DNA of 64,000 nucleotides from Woeseiaceae bacterium (GCA_028227395.1 JAOIZZ010000003.1:63077-127076); one strand, 5' to 3'; counted from the first letter of the stretch, positions 36,744 through 47,205 are shown. The notes: generated by a model not told the origin, from the letters alone. A program made the numbers and translations.

Positions 36744-37859
36744 ATGACGCTTTCAACAGAACAAAATGAGATAGTAATAACGAAAGATTCGATTCGAATA
36801 GTTGATAACGGAAAAGTTAAATATGATCTCCCACATCTCTGGTTAAGAGATAATTGTCAATGCGATGAATGCAGAGTCGTAGAATCTCAAGAAAAGCGTT
36901 TCATGCTGAGTTCAATCGACTCTAAACTTATGCCAGTTAACGTTGAATATGATGGTGAGGAAATTCAACTAAGATGGCCAGATAATCATGAAACCATTAT
37001 TGATCTGAGCTTAATCAGGGAGCTTGGTAGAAAGAGAAAACCAGATTGGAAGACTTGGGGGGTAAATTTCAAACCGAGTTATTTCTCTTGGCAAGAATTT
37101 ATAACGAATGATTCTAAGGCCGTTAATGCAATCAAAGAATTTATAAGTTCGGGCGTAATTATTCTTTCAGATGCCCCACGTGAGCCCGAAACATTAGAGT
37201 TATTATCATCCCGTTTGGGTCCACTCCGAGAAACACTATTTGAACGTATTCATAATGTTTCGGTGAGTCGAGAGGTTTATAATATTGCTCATACTTCTCT
37301 GGAGCTTCCACCGCATAATGATTTTGCAAGTTATACGTGGCCGCCAAGTGTTCAGGGGCTTCATATGTTAGAAAATGAATGCGAAGGTGGAGAATCAATT
37401 GTGGTTGATGGCTGGGCCCTCTTGGAGAAATTAAGAAATGATCATCCGAAGCATTTCCAGATTCTATGTGAGTTTGGCGTCCCTTTTCGAGAATTTGATG
37501 AGAATAACGAGACCTATGCAATTGAACCTATGATAAAAATCGATAGTAATAACATTATCACTGGATTTCGATTTTCTAATCAACTCATGCAGGTTATCGA
37601 TCCAACGAGAAAAAAAGTAAAAGAATTTTATTTGGCTTATCACGAATTATGCTCTCGTGTCTTATCGACATCCTTTCGATCGGTTTTCAGATTGGAGGGG
37701 GGGCAAATATTATTGGTTGCTGCTCACAGAGTATTGCATGCCAGACAAGGCTTTGTTCCAGAAGGTAAGAGACACTTACAAGATGCATATTTTGAAATGG
37801 ATAATATTGTGAATAATATTGTTGTATTAAGGCGCAGAATGGCTAGTCATGATGGATAA
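36744..37859 (+). CDS. gamma-butyrobetaine hydroxylase-like Fe(II)/2-oxoglutarate dioxygenase (BBOX/TmpA-type)
   Basis: 371 aa. N-terminal DUF971-type Zn domain (HLWLRDNCQCDECR), TauD/TfdA-fold core with HxD (PPHNDFASY) and a distal His (AAHRVLHAR). Confidence 0.8.
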   Translation: MTLSTEQNEIVITKDSIRIVDNGKVKYDLPHLWLRDNCQCDECRVVESQEKRFMLSSIDSKLMPVNVEYDGEEIQLRWPDNHETIIDLSLIRELGRKRKPDWKTWGVNFKPSYFSWQEFITNDSKAVNAIKEFISSGVIILSDAPREPETLELLSSRLGPLRETLFERIHNVSVSREVYNIAHTSLELPPHNDFASYTWPPSVQGLHMLENECEGGESIVVDGWALLEKLRNDHPKHFQILCEFGVPFREFDENNETYAIEPMIKIDSNNIITGFRFSNQLMQVIDPTRKKVKEFYLAYHELCSRVLSTSFRSVFRLEGGQILLVAAHRVLHARQGFVPEGKRHLQDAYFEMDNIVNNIVVLRRRMASHDG

Positions 37860-38409
37860 AAAAGTTGATTTTAATGCCATGGAAGAAGGCACACGAAGTG
37901 ATTATGATTTGGTTTTCGAGCATGATGCTGAAAATGGAAGGAATTTATTAGATCGCATTCTGATTTGGTTGAAAATGATGGAAGGAGAATCACCTTATAA
38001 GATAAGTCGATTAGAGCATGTTCTTCAGACGGCAACTCGTGCCGAGAAAGATGGCGCTGACAATGAAACAATAGTCTGCGCTTTGCTTCATGATATTGGG
38101 GATGTATTGGCACCTACTAATCATTCTCAAGTTGCCGCAGCTCTATTGAGGCCGTATGTCAGCGAAAAAAATTATTGGATTGTACTGCATCATGGTTTAT
38201 TCCAGGGTTATTATTGGATGCATCATTATGATAAAGATAGAGATGCACGTGATAAATTAAAGGATCACCCTTATTATGAGGCTTGTGTGGAATTCTGTGC
38301 ACGTTGGGATCAAGTATCTTTTGATCCAAATTATGATACTTATCCATTAGAACATTTTATACCCATGTTGAAAGAGGTTTTTGCGAAGGAGCCGGCTTCA
38401 TTCGTTTGA
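37849..38409 (+). CDS. HD-domain protein, PhnZ/TmpB-like (candidate mixed-valent di-iron oxygenase)
   Basis: 186 aa, overlapping the dioxygenase gene by 11 nt. LEHVLQTATRAEKDGADNETIVCALLHDIGD...NHSQVAA...LHHGLFQGYY resembles PhnZ-type HD proteins as I remember them. Confidence 0.7.
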   Translation: MMDKKVDFNAMEEGTRSDYDLVFEHDAENGRNLLDRILIWLKMMEGESPYKISRLEHVLQTATRAEKDGADNETIVCALLHDIGDVLAPTNHSQVAAALLRPYVSEKNYWIVLHHGLFQGYYWMHHYDKDRDARDKLKDHPYYEACVEFCARWDQVSFDPNYDTYPLEHFIPMLKEVFAKEPASFV

Positions 38410-38427
38410 TGAAATTAATATTATGAT

Positions 38428-38486
38428 GTGTCGTAATTAGTTAAGATAAAAAATAATATTGTCGTTATATGAATAATAAATGTCGC
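38428..38486 (+). promoter_or_regulatory. three direct TGTCG(T/C) repeats (31 and 21 bp spacing) upstream of dmgdh, candidate regulator binding sites
   Basis: TGTCGT at 38428-38433, TGTCGT at 38459-38464 and TGTCGC at 38480-38485. They share the core of the repeats at 32078-32106. Confidence 0.35.
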
Positions 38487-38492
38487 TTATAA

Positions 38493-38518
38493 GTAAATTA
38501 CATCGGTGCATGTAATTT
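38493..38518 (+). promoter_or_regulatory. perfect 10-bp inverted repeat TAAATTACAT-N6-ATGTAATTTA in the dmgdh leader/promoter
   Basis: Read directly: 38493-38502 is the exact reverse complement of 38509-38518, with spacer cggtgc. It could be an operator or an RNA hairpin. Confidence 0.4.
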
Positions 38519-38584
38519 AAACTGATCCTCTGAAAATAAGATGATTTAAGGATACTAGAAAAGATATCCTACGGAGATTAAAGC

Positions 38585-41041
38585 ATGAAAAATCAAGCAA
38601 AAGTGGTGGTGATAGGTGGCGGTGTTGTTGGGGTAAGTGCACTGTATCATCTCGCAAAAAAAGGTTGGGGTGAAGATGTTGTGCTTCTAGAAAAAGCAGA
38701 ATTAACTTCCGGCTCTACTTGGCATGCTGCTGGACTCTTGCCGCTTTTTAATATGAGTTACAGTGTTGGGCAAATTCATAAATATTCCGTTGATCTATAT
38801 GGAAAACTAGAAGCTGAAACCACACAGCCCGTGGGCTTTAGTAAAGTTGGAAATCTTCGTCTTGCAATGAATCAAGATAGGATGGATGAGTATTATCAAT
38901 ATGCTGCAACCGCAAAAACAATTGGTATAAATGTAGAATTTTTGACGCCTGAGCAAGTGAAAGAAATTTGGCCCATGTGCGAGACAAATGATTTGGTTGG
39001 TGCAATTTATCATCCTGATGATGGCTATATTCAACCAGCTGATTTGACGCAGGCATTTGCGAAAGGGGCCAGAGCGCTTGGCGCAATTATTTATCGCAAT
39101 ACTCCTGTCTTGGATATTGAGCAATCTTCGCAAGGTGGCTGGATTGTAAAAACAAAAAATGGGGATATCATTTGTGATCATGTGATATCTGCTACCGGAA
39201 ATTATGCACGACAAACCGGAAAGATGATTGGATTGGATATACCTGTCATGCCAGTTGAGCATCAATATATAGTCACCGAGCCTCATCCCGAACTGCAAGC
39301 AAGACGCAAATCAGGCACACCTGAAATGCCAGTTCTTAGGGAATCCGATGGATCTTGGTATTTAAGAGAAGAGAATGGCGGGTTTATTTTGGGTCCTTAT
39401 GAGAAAGGTGCCCCTTGTTGTTATGTTGATGGACCAAATCCAGATGCTGAATATGAACTTTTTCAGGAAGATATTGATCGATTGATGCCGCATATTGAAG
39501 CAGCTCTTGAGCGAGTACCGGCATTTGGAGAGGTTGGCTTCAAACAAGTTTATAACGGTGCAATCGCTTATACTCCTGACGGCAATCCCATTGTCGGACC
39601 TGCTTGGGGCGTGGATAATTTTTGGCTAAATGAAGGTCATAGTTTTGGTATTACGGCTGCAGGCGGAGCTGGTTGGCAATTAGCAGAATGGATTGTAGAT
39701 GGTGAACCAACTATTGATATGTTGGGTGTTGATCCAAGACGTTTTGGTGATTATGTGTCAAAAAAATATTTAATGGAGAAATCTGAGGAAGCGTATGCTC
39801 ATGTTTTTACGACGCACTTTCCCGATGAAGAAAGACCAGCTGGTAGACCCTTGAAAACCGCTCCCTGTTATGAAAGATTAAAGTCAATGGGTGCTGTTTT
39901 TGGTCAAAAATATGGTTGGGAGAGAGCGAATTGGTTTGCGACAGATGGAATGGCACAGAAAGATGATTGGTCATTTAGAAGATCAAAGTGGTTTAAAGCT
40001 ATAGGTAATGAAGTAAAAAATGTTACCAAAAATGTGGGTCTTTTAGATATGACTGCATTTGCAAAATGTCGAATTTCTGGCTCGGGCGCTGAAAAATTCT
40101 TAGATTATCTAGTGGCAAATCGAATTCCAAAGAAAATCGGTCAAATCGGCTTATGTCATGCACTTAATTCTCAAGGTGGAATTCATTCAGAATTCACAAT
40201 CCTCAGAGAGTCGGTAGATTCTTTTTACTTGGTCTCTGCTGGGGCCCTGCAAAGACTAGATCATGATTATATTAGAAGATTTATGCCAAGAGATAATTCT
40301 GTTCAATATCAACACTTAACTGATGCAATCGGAGTATTGGTTCTGGCCGGACCTAAATCTCGTGAATTATTAAATAAAGTATCGGACGCTGATTTTTCAA
40401 ATGAAGCATTTCGCTGGCTAACAGCAAAAAATATTGAAATTGATGGATGCCAGTTAAATGCTATGCGCGTTAATTACGTAGGTGAGCTTGGCTGGGAATT
40501 GCATCATCCAATCGAATACCAAAATCAAATATTTGATGCTTTGTTTGCTGCCGGTGATGATTTGGATCTTAAACCATTTGGGATTCGAGCGATGGACACT
40601 ATGAGATTGGAGAAATCCTATCGTATGGTTGGCACTGAATTATCTATCGAATACTCCGCTTTTGAGTCTGCTATGGATCGGTTCATATGCCTTGATAAAG
40701 GCGACTTTATTGGCCGCGATAAATTAATTGAATGGCAAGAAAGAGGTAGAGAAAATCAGCTTGTTACGCTAGAGATTGATGAGATAAAAGATGCAGATGT
40801 CTTGGGTAATAATGCACTGACATTAAATGGGGAATTAGTTGGCCGAGCCACAGGTGGTGGTTTTGGTTTTAGAGTGAATCGTTCACTTGCCTTGGCAATG
40901 GTAAAACCAAATTTTGCCGTGCTTGGTTCTGAGTTTTCTATAGATATTCTCGGTGAAAATTATCAGGCTAGAGTAATATCAGACAGTCCTTTTGATGGAA
41001 AAAATGAACGACTTCGTGATGTGAATGGCGCCAATGAATAA
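38585..41041 (+). CDS. dimethylglycine dehydrogenase-type FAD oxidoreductase with C-terminal GcvT-like folate domain
   Basis: 818 aa. FAD fold [22 protein letters not shown] domain and an aminomethyltransferase-like C-terminal half. It sits directly upstream of soxBDAG. A sarcosine dehydrogenase cannot be excluded. Confidence 0.8.
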   Translation: MKNQAKVVVIGGGVVGVSALYHLAKKGWGEDVVLLEKAELTSGSTWHAAGLLPLFNMSYSVGQIHKYSVDLYGKLEAETTQPVGFSKVGNLRLAMNQDRMDEYYQYAATAKTIGINVEFLTPEQVKEIWPMCETNDLVGAIYHPDDGYIQPADLTQAFAKGARALGAIIYRNTPVLDIEQSSQGGWIVKTKNGDIICDHVISATGNYARQTGKMIGLDIPVMPVEHQYIVTEPHPELQARRKSGTPEMPVLRESDGSWYLREENGGFILGPYEKGAPCCYVDGPNPDAEYELFQEDIDRLMPHIEAALERVPAFGEVGFKQVYNGAIAYTPDGNPIVGPAWGVDNFWLNEGHSFGITAAGGAGWQLAEWIVDGEPTIDMLGVDPRRFGDYVSKKYLMEKSEEAYAHVFTTHFPDEERPAGRPLKTAPCYERLKSMGAVFGQKYGWERANWFATDGMAQKDDWSFRRSKWFKAIGNEVKNVTKNVGLLDMTAFAKCRISGSGAEKFLDYLVANRIPKKIGQIGLCHALNSQGGIHSEFTILRESVDSFYLVSAGALQRLDHDYIRRFMPRDNSVQYQHLTDAIGVLVLAGPKSRELLNKVSDADFSNEAFRWLTAKNIEIDGCQLNAMRVNYVGELGWELHHPIEYQNQIFDALFAAGDDLDLKPFGIRAMDTMRLEKSYRMVGTELSIEYSAFESAMDRFICLDKGDFIGRDKLIEWQERGRENQLVTLEIDEIKDADVLGNNALTLNGELVGRATGGGFGFRVNRSLALAMVKPNFAVLGSEFSIDILGENYQARVISDSPFDGKNERLRDVNGANE

Positions 41042-42284
41042 ATATTCAGCATTCAGTTTATTTAAAAATGCTCTTACCAATAATAAAAATTGGCAAGTAT
41101 CTTGGCGAGACGCAACACCCAAATCTAAATATGACGCCATTATAGTTGGTGGCGGTGGGCATGGTTTAGCAACAGCATATTATTTAGCAAAAAATCATGG
41201 TATGAAGAATATTGCTGTACTTGAAAAAGGCTGGATTGGCGGTGGAAATACAGCTCGAAATACAACAATAGTAAGATCTAATTATTTATGGACCGAATCT
41301 TCATTACTTTATGAAAAGTCATTAAAATTATGGGAGGGATTGAGTCAGGATATTAATTTTAATGTCATGTTTAGTCAGCGCGGTGTTTATAATTTGGGCC
41401 ATACACTCCAAGATATGCGAGATATTGAAAGAAGGGTAAGTGCGAATCAATTAAATGGTATCGATGCAGAAGTGGTAGATGCGCAACAAATTAAACAAGC
41501 TATACCATTAATTAATACCTCAAAAAATGCTCGTTACCCCATCCTTGGTGCTTCATTACAACGGCGTGCTGGTGTAGCGAGACATGATGCAGTAGCTTGG
41601 GGTTATGCTAGAGCCGCCAGTGAACTTGGGGTTGATATTATTCAACAGTGTGAGGTAACGGGAATTCGAAAGAATGGTTCTCAAGTTATGGGTGTTGATA
41701 CCAGTCGTGGGTATATTGAGGCCAAAAAAGTAGGCGTAGTTGTTGCTGGTCATGCATCAGTTTTGGCAGATATGGCAGGCATTCGTTTACCTTTGGAAAG
41801 TCATCCACTGCAAGCATATGTTTCTGAGCCTCTAAAACCAGTATTAGATACAGTGATTATGTCCAATGCTGTGCATGGCTATATAAGTCAATCCGATAAA
41901 GGGGAATTAGTGATTGGCGCAGGAATAGATCCTTATATTGGTTATGGACAAAGAGGAAGTTTTTGCACTATTGAACATTGTATGCAAGCGATCATAGCGT
42001 TATTCCCAAATTTCAGTCGCGTAAGAATGTTACGTCAATGGGGAGGTATAGTGGATGTTTCTCCTGATGCTTGCCCGATTCTTAGTAAAACTCCTGTTGA
42101 AGGTTTGTACTTTAATTGTGGCTGGGGGACGGGTGGATTTAAAGCCACCCCAGGTTCTGGTTGGACCTTTGCACATACTATTGCAAATAATCAACCACAT
42201 GAATTAAACGCTCCATTTTCCTTAGATCGATTCTCAACAGGTGCATTGATAGACGAACATGGCGCTGCTGCAGTAGCTCATTAA
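41034..42284 (+). CDS. soxB: sarcosine oxidase beta subunit (copy 2)
   Basis: [20 protein letters not shown], collinear with copy 1. ATG at 41034 gives an N-terminal length matching copy 1; ATG at 41025 is also possible. Confidence 0.9.
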   Translation: MNKYSAFSLFKNALTNNKNWQVSWRDATPKSKYDAIIVGGGGHGLATAYYLAKNHGMKNIAVLEKGWIGGGNTARNTTIVRSNYLWTESSLLYEKSLKLWEGLSQDINFNVMFSQRGVYNLGHTLQDMRDIERRVSANQLNGIDAEVVDAQQIKQAIPLINTSKNARYPILGASLQRRAGVARHDAVAWGYARAASELGVDIIQQCEVTGIRKNGSQVMGVDTSRGYIEAKKVGVVVAGHASVLADMAGIRLPLESHPLQAYVSEPLKPVLDTVIMSNAVHGYISQSDKGELVIGAGIDPYIGYGQRGSFCTIEHCMQAIIALFPNFSRVRMLRQWGGIVDVSPDACPILSKTPVEGLYFNCGWGTGGFKATPGSGWTFAHTIANNQPHELNAPFSLDRFSTGALIDEHGAAAVAH

Positions 42285-42298
42285 ATAGGTAAAAGAAG

Positions 42299-42586
42299 AT
42301 GTTATTAATTAAATGCCCTTGGTGTGGCGTAAGAGATGAAACAGAATTTTCATATGGAGGTGAGGCAGGTATTGAGCGCCCTTTAAAACCGGAAGATTTA
42401 AATGATCAAGAATGGGCAGATTATCTCTTTATGCGAAAAAATACTCGCGGCCTATTTCTTGAGCAATGGAATCATAGTCTAGGTTGTCGTCAGTGGTTTA
42501 TCGTTGAGCGAAATACTGTGACTTATGAAATTATTGCTACCTCAAAAATTAAGAATGAAGCACCAGATATTCAAGTGGACGCATAA
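42299..42586 (+). CDS. soxD: sarcosine oxidase delta subunit (copy 2)
   Basis: 95 aa. MLLIKCPWCGVRDETEFSYGGE... is the Cys-containing, Zn-type N-terminus typical of SoxD. The stop shares one nt with the soxA start. Confidence 0.9.
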   Translation: MLLIKCPWCGVRDETEFSYGGEAGIERPLKPEDLNDQEWADYLFMRKNTRGLFLEQWNHSLGCRQWFIVERNTVTYEIIATSKIKNEAPDIQVDA

Positions 42587-45500
42587 TGCAAATTAATCGA
42601 CTTAAGTCTGGTGGGCAAATTAATCGTGATAAAACATTGCGATTTACTTTCAATGGTCAAAGTTATAAAGGTTATTTAGGCGACACATTGGCTTCTGCAT
42701 TACTTGCAAATGGTGTAGATATTGTTGGGCGAAGTTTTAAGTATCATCGTCCGAGAGGAATAGTTGGGAGCGGTGCCGAAGAGCCAAACGCTATCTTTCA
42801 AATTGGAAGTGGAGCCACCACCGAAGCTGGAATGCGAGCCACGCAAGTTGAGTTATATGATGGCTTAGTAGCTAAAAGCGAAAAAGGTTGGCCAAGTCTA
42901 TCTTTTGATATTGCTGAAGTTAATGATTGGTGTAGTAAGTTATTTGGTGCTGGATTTTATTACAAAACGTTTATGTATCCCGCCAAGTTTTGGAAAATAT
43001 ATGAATATTTTTTACGTAGAATGGCAGGCTTAGGTGCAGCCCCAAGAGAGCCAGATCCAGATTATTATAATCATCAAAATACTCATTGTGATGTTCTTGT
43101 GGTTGGTGCTGGACCCGCTGGATTGATGGCAGCTTTATCGGCTGGTAAATCTGGTGCTAAAGTTATTATTGCTGATGATCAAGCTAATTTTGGTGGCTCC
43201 CTATTGGCTTCGAAAGAGCTCATAGAGGGTCTAACTGCCGACAAATGGGTCTCTTCTCAACTTCAGATGTTAGAGGAATTACCTAATGTAACCTGCTTAT
43301 CTAGAAGTACAGTATTCGGTTATTATGATTATAATTTTTTAACGATTAACGAGCGGTGCACTAATCATCTGAGTGAGTTCACAGAGGGCCATGTCCGACA
43401 AAAATTATGGCGTGTGCGAGCTAAGCGAGTAGTTTTAGCTCAAGGCGCTTTTGAGCGCCCATTAGTATTTCCAAATAATGATCGACCGGGTGTTATGTTG
43501 GCGTCTGCAGTATCAAATTATATAAATCGTTATGGCGTGCTCCCAGGAAAAAATCCAATTCTGTTTACTAATAATGATTCTGCTTATCAAGCCGCCATTG
43601 ATATGAAAATTGCAGGTGCAAAATCTGTACTTGTGGTTGATAGTCGGTCCGAGCAACCCTCTGATATGGTCGATGAAGCAAGAAATAATGGTATTGAATT
43701 ACAATTTGATGCGGTTATTAGAAATGTTATTGGCCATACAAAAGTGAAGGGCGTCGAGATTTCAACCTATGATTCTGGAAGTAATACTTGTGCAGCCCAA
43801 GCAACAAAAAGAACTTGTGACTTATTGATTTATTCAGGTGGATGGAGTCCTGCAGTTCATCTTCACTCCCAGTCCGGTGGAATAAATAAATGGGATGATA
43901 ATCGCCACTGTTTTGTTCCGCATACGACTAAACAAGCATCCTTTTCGATTGGTTCATGCAATGGGACATGGAGTCTTGAAGATTGTCTTAAAGAAGGGAT
44001 TGCATGCGGTCGTGATGTTGCTGGTAGTTTAAATTTAAAAGTGAATGATATTAACTTACCAATTACAAAGAAAATTAAATTAAATCCGATGATGCCTTTA
44101 TGGCAAGTAATAGCAGAAAATTCGGTGGAGAACCTTCCAAAACAATTTTTGGATTATCAGAACGATACAACTGTTTCTGATATATATCTTGCTGTTAGGG
44201 AAGGGTATACGGGTATTGAGCATGTAAAACGATATACTGCTCTTGGCTTTGGCACAGATCAGGGAAAATTAGGTAATATCAATGGCATGGCTATATTGGC
44301 TATAGCTCTTGGGAAGCCAATTGCAGAGATTGGTACAACAACATTTAGACCGGCTTATACTCCTGTGAGTTTTGGTGTCTGTGCTGGTGAAGATATTGGA
44401 GAAATGTTTGAACCAACTAGAAAAACGGCTATTCATGATTTTCACACCGAAAGTAAAGCTCCTTTTGAAATTGTAGGTCAATGGCTACGTCCATGGTATT
44501 TCCCTAAAGACGACGAAGATATGTCCAGTGCTGTCATCCGTGAGTGCTTAGCAACCAGATCATCGCTTGGAATAATGGATGCCTCCACGTTAGGAAAGAT
44601 TGATGTTTGTGGAAAAGATGCGGTTACTTTTTTAGAAAAAATTTACACACATGATGTCGCAAAGATGGCTGTTGGACAATGTGCATATGGGGTAATGCTC
44701 GGCGAAGATGGCATGATTAAGGATGATGGGGTTATGGCTCGTTTAGGTGAAAATCATTTTTACTTAACCACCACAACTGGCGGTGCAGCGACTGTAATGA
44801 GTTGGCTTGAACAATGGTTGCAAACTGAATGGCCACATTTGACTGTTTATCTAACTTCTTTGACCGATCAATTATCTACGATCGCACTAGTTGGACCAAA
44901 TAGTCGTCGCGTATTGCAAAAGTTAGTGGATGCTGATTTGAGCAATGATAATTTTCCATTTATGAAGACTTGTAAAAGTGAAATAGCAGGTCTCAAGGTG
45001 GATTTATTCCGAGTTAGCTTTAGTGGTGAACTTGCTTTTGAGATAAATGTTAATAGCAATTTTGCACTGTATATATGGAATCTTTTGATGGTAACTGGAA
45101 GAGATTTTGAAATTACTCCTTACGGTACCGAGACTATGCATGTTTTAAGGGCTGAAAAAGGTTTTATCATTGTTGGTCAAGACACGGATGGTTCTATAAA
45201 TCCTCATGATGCAGGATTGGGGTGGTTGGTCTCAAAAGAAAAAGATTTTATAGGTAAGCGCTCCCTTGAAAGAGTTGATTCTATTCGAAGTGATAGGAAG
45301 CAGTTAGTTGGGTTACTCTCAGTGGACAATAAAAGTGTGATACCTGAAGGAGCACAGTTAATTGAAAAAAAATCTCCCTCAGGGCCAACACCAATGTATG
45401 GCCATGTTAGCTCCAGTTATTTCAGTCCTGTTTTAGGACATCCAATCGCTCTAGCATTAATTGAATCAGGTAGAAATAGAATTGGCGATAAATTATTAGC

Positions 45501-45588
45501 AATCTCTTCCGATGCAAAAGCAATAGAAGTAACTATTGCAAAACCGATATTTTATGATCCAAAGGGGGAGCGACAGCATGCCAAATGA
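42586..45588 (+). CDS. soxA: sarcosine oxidase alpha subunit (copy 2)
   Basis: 1000 aa. FTFNGQSYKGYLGDTLASALLANG...GRSFKYHRPRG, VLVVGAGPAGL, a GcvT-like C-terminal domain and the C-terminus FYDPKGERQHAK. Confidence 0.9.
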   Translation: MQINRLKSGGQINRDKTLRFTFNGQSYKGYLGDTLASALLANGVDIVGRSFKYHRPRGIVGSGAEEPNAIFQIGSGATTEAGMRATQVELYDGLVAKSEKGWPSLSFDIAEVNDWCSKLFGAGFYYKTFMYPAKFWKIYEYFLRRMAGLGAAPREPDPDYYNHQNTHCDVLVVGAGPAGLMAALSAGKSGAKVIIADDQANFGGSLLASKELIEGLTADKWVSSQLQMLEELPNVTCLSRSTVFGYYDYNFLTINERCTNHLSEFTEGHVRQKLWRVRAKRVVLAQGAFERPLVFPNNDRPGVMLASAVSNYINRYGVLPGKNPILFTNNDSAYQAAIDMKIAGAKSVLVVDSRSEQPSDMVDEARNNGIELQFDAVIRNVIGHTKVKGVEISTYDSGSNTCAAQATKRTCDLLIYSGGWSPAVHLHSQSGGINKWDDNRHCFVPHTTKQASFSIGSCNGTWSLEDCLKEGIACGRDVAGSLNLKVNDINLPITKKIKLNPMMPLWQVIAENSVENLPKQFLDYQNDTTVSDIYLAVREGYTGIEHVKRYTALGFGTDQGKLGNINGMAILAIALGKPIAEIGTTTFRPAYTPVSFGVCAGEDIGEMFEPTRKTAIHDFHTESKAPFEIVGQWLRPWYFPKDDEDMSSAVIRECLATRSSLGIMDASTLGKIDVCGKDAVTFLEKIYTHDVAKMAVGQCAYGVMLGEDGMIKDDGVMARLGENHFYLTTTTGGAATVMSWLEQWLQTEWPHLTVYLTSLTDQLSTIALVGPNSRRVLQKLVDADLSNDNFPFMKTCKSEIAGLKVDLFRVSFSGELAFEINVNSNFALYIWNLLMVTGRDFEITPYGTETMHVLRAEKGFIIVGQDTDGSINPHDAGLGWLVSKEKDFIGKRSLERVDSIRSDRKQLVGLLSVDNKSVIPEGAQLIEKKSPSGPTPMYGHVSSSYFSPVLGHPIALALIESGRNRIGDKLLAISSDAKAIEVTIAKPIFYDPKGERQHAK

Positions 45589-46171
45589 AATAAAAGGCTT
45601 TGTACTTGATGATTTTATTAAGAAGTATCGACCCTCAAATTCAACTTCTCCAGAGATAAATGTCAGCATAAAACCGGACGTTAATTATTTAAATATCAGA
45701 GGTTCAGTTAATGATAGAAATTTCCTAGAACATGCCGAATCAATTCTTCAGCAAGCATTACCTCTGGAATTTAATACTTTTACTGTGGGGGATCATCATA
45801 TTTATTGGCTTGGTCCAAATGAATGGTTGGTCGTTACAGATTTTGACCTAGACTCTATTTTACAGAAAATATCAAAAAAAATTGATCTATATGCTACCAA
45901 TCAGACAGGGGGATTGACACAGCTCATCCTCCGAGGAAATTGCGTTCGTTCTCTACTTGCAAGGGGTTGTACACTAGATGTAAGTGAGGGTAATTTTTTG
46001 ATTGGGCAATGTGCACAAACAGGATTATCTAAAGCTGGAATATTATTAGCCTTAACTGATTCTTCTCCATCATTCAATTTGATTGTTCGAAGGAGTTTTG
46101 CTGAATATGTTGGATTATGGCTTGAGCAATCTGGAAGTGAATTCGGTATAAATTTTGTTCAAGAGCATTAA
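45578..46171 (+). CDS. soxG: sarcosine oxidase gamma subunit (copy 2)
   Basis: ATG at 45578, with GGGGGAG 7 nt upstream, overlaps the soxA stop by 11 nt. About 197 aa. Confidence 0.8.
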   Translation: MPNEIKGFVLDDFIKKYRPSNSTSPEINVSIKPDVNYLNIRGSVNDRNFLEHAESILQQALPLEFNTFTVGDHHIYWLGPNEWLVVTDFDLDSILQKISKKIDLYATNQTGGLTQLILRGNCVRSLLARGCTLDVSEGNFLIGQCAQTGLSKAGILLALTDSSPSFNLIVRRSFAEYVGLWLEQSGSEFGINFVQEH

Positions 46172-46217
46172 AACGTTAAACTAATTTAGTCCTTAATATT
46201 TAATAGGCATATGCGCG

Positions 46218-47192
46218 ATGAACACCTTAGGTAAAGTCTTGGTAGAGCCACAAAATTTTGGGTTTTTATTGTTGGAAAATTTTACTCTAATCTCTCTTTC
46301 ATCAGCAATAGAGCCCCTGCGTTTAGCCAACCATTCCTTAAAGAAAAATATTTATAATTGGCAAACTTTCTCAGAACAAGGCGGGTCTGTTCTGGCAAGT
46401 GACGGAGTAAGCATCAATGTAGATTTTTCAATTAATTCCGAAGCAGCTCTAAGTGATATAGATTTGCTAATTATTTGTGGTGGCATAGACGTAGAAAAAA
46501 ATTATTCTAAGAATATTGCTAGATTTTTAAGAAATGTACACTATAAAAAGATAGCCCTAGGAGCGATATGCACCGGCAGTCGAATTCTTGCAATGGCTGA
46601 TTTATTGAATGGTTACTCATGCAGTGTTCATTGGGACGGCCTGAGTACACTGAGTAATTTATTTCCTAAAATTAATGTCCGTCGAAATCTATTCACTATA
46701 GATCGCGATCGATTCACTAGTTCTGGAGGAATTGCCCCATTTGATATGATGCTTAAAATAATAAGAGATAGGTATGATCTAACAGTTAGCTCGGCTGTGG
46801 CAGAACAATTTATTTCAGATAGAATTCGACGTGGTGATGATGAGCAGCGCATTCCACTAAAGCATCTAATCGGATCATTGTCAGAGAAACTAATTTCTGC
46901 TGTTCAATTGATGGAAGCAAATATCAGAGAGCCAATCAATCAGACTGATTTGGCTGCTTATACAGGATTATCAGCCAGACAGTTACAGCGACTCTTTAAG
47001 CGGTATCTCAGTTGCAGTCCATCTCGATATTATCTGCAATTAAGACTAGAAAGAGCGAAAGACCTCTTGCAGCAAACCTCACTAAGTATTCTTGAAGTTA
47101 CTGCCGAATCAGGTTTTATATCTGTTTCTCATTTTAGCAAAAGTTATAAAGTATACTTTGGTTATTCACCTAGTATTGAACGAAATAATTAA
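46218..47192 (+). CDS. GlxA-family transcriptional regulator (DJ-1/PfpI-like N-domain + AraC-type HTH), GbdR/CdhR-like
   Basis: 324 aa. The N-terminal GATase1-like domain has GAICTGSRILA. C-terminal AraC HTHs: LAAYTGLSARQLQRLFKRYL and VTAESGFISVSHFSKSYKVYFGYSPS. It sits at the end of the betaine/sarcosine operon. Confidence 0.8.
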   Translation: MNTLGKVLVEPQNFGFLLLENFTLISLSSAIEPLRLANHSLKKNIYNWQTFSEQGGSVLASDGVSINVDFSINSEAALSDIDLLIICGGIDVEKNYSKNIARFLRNVHYKKIALGAICTGSRILAMADLLNGYSCSVHWDGLSTLSNLFPKINVRRNLFTIDRDRFTSSGGIAPFDMMLKIIRDRYDLTVSSAVAEQFISDRIRRGDDEQRIPLKHLIGSLSEKLISAVQLMEANIREPINQTDLAAYTGLSARQLQRLFKRYLSCSPSRYYLQLRLERAKDLLQQTSLSILEVTAESGFISVSHFSKSYKVYFGYSPSIERNN

Positions 47193-47205
47193 TTAACAGA
47201 TATTG

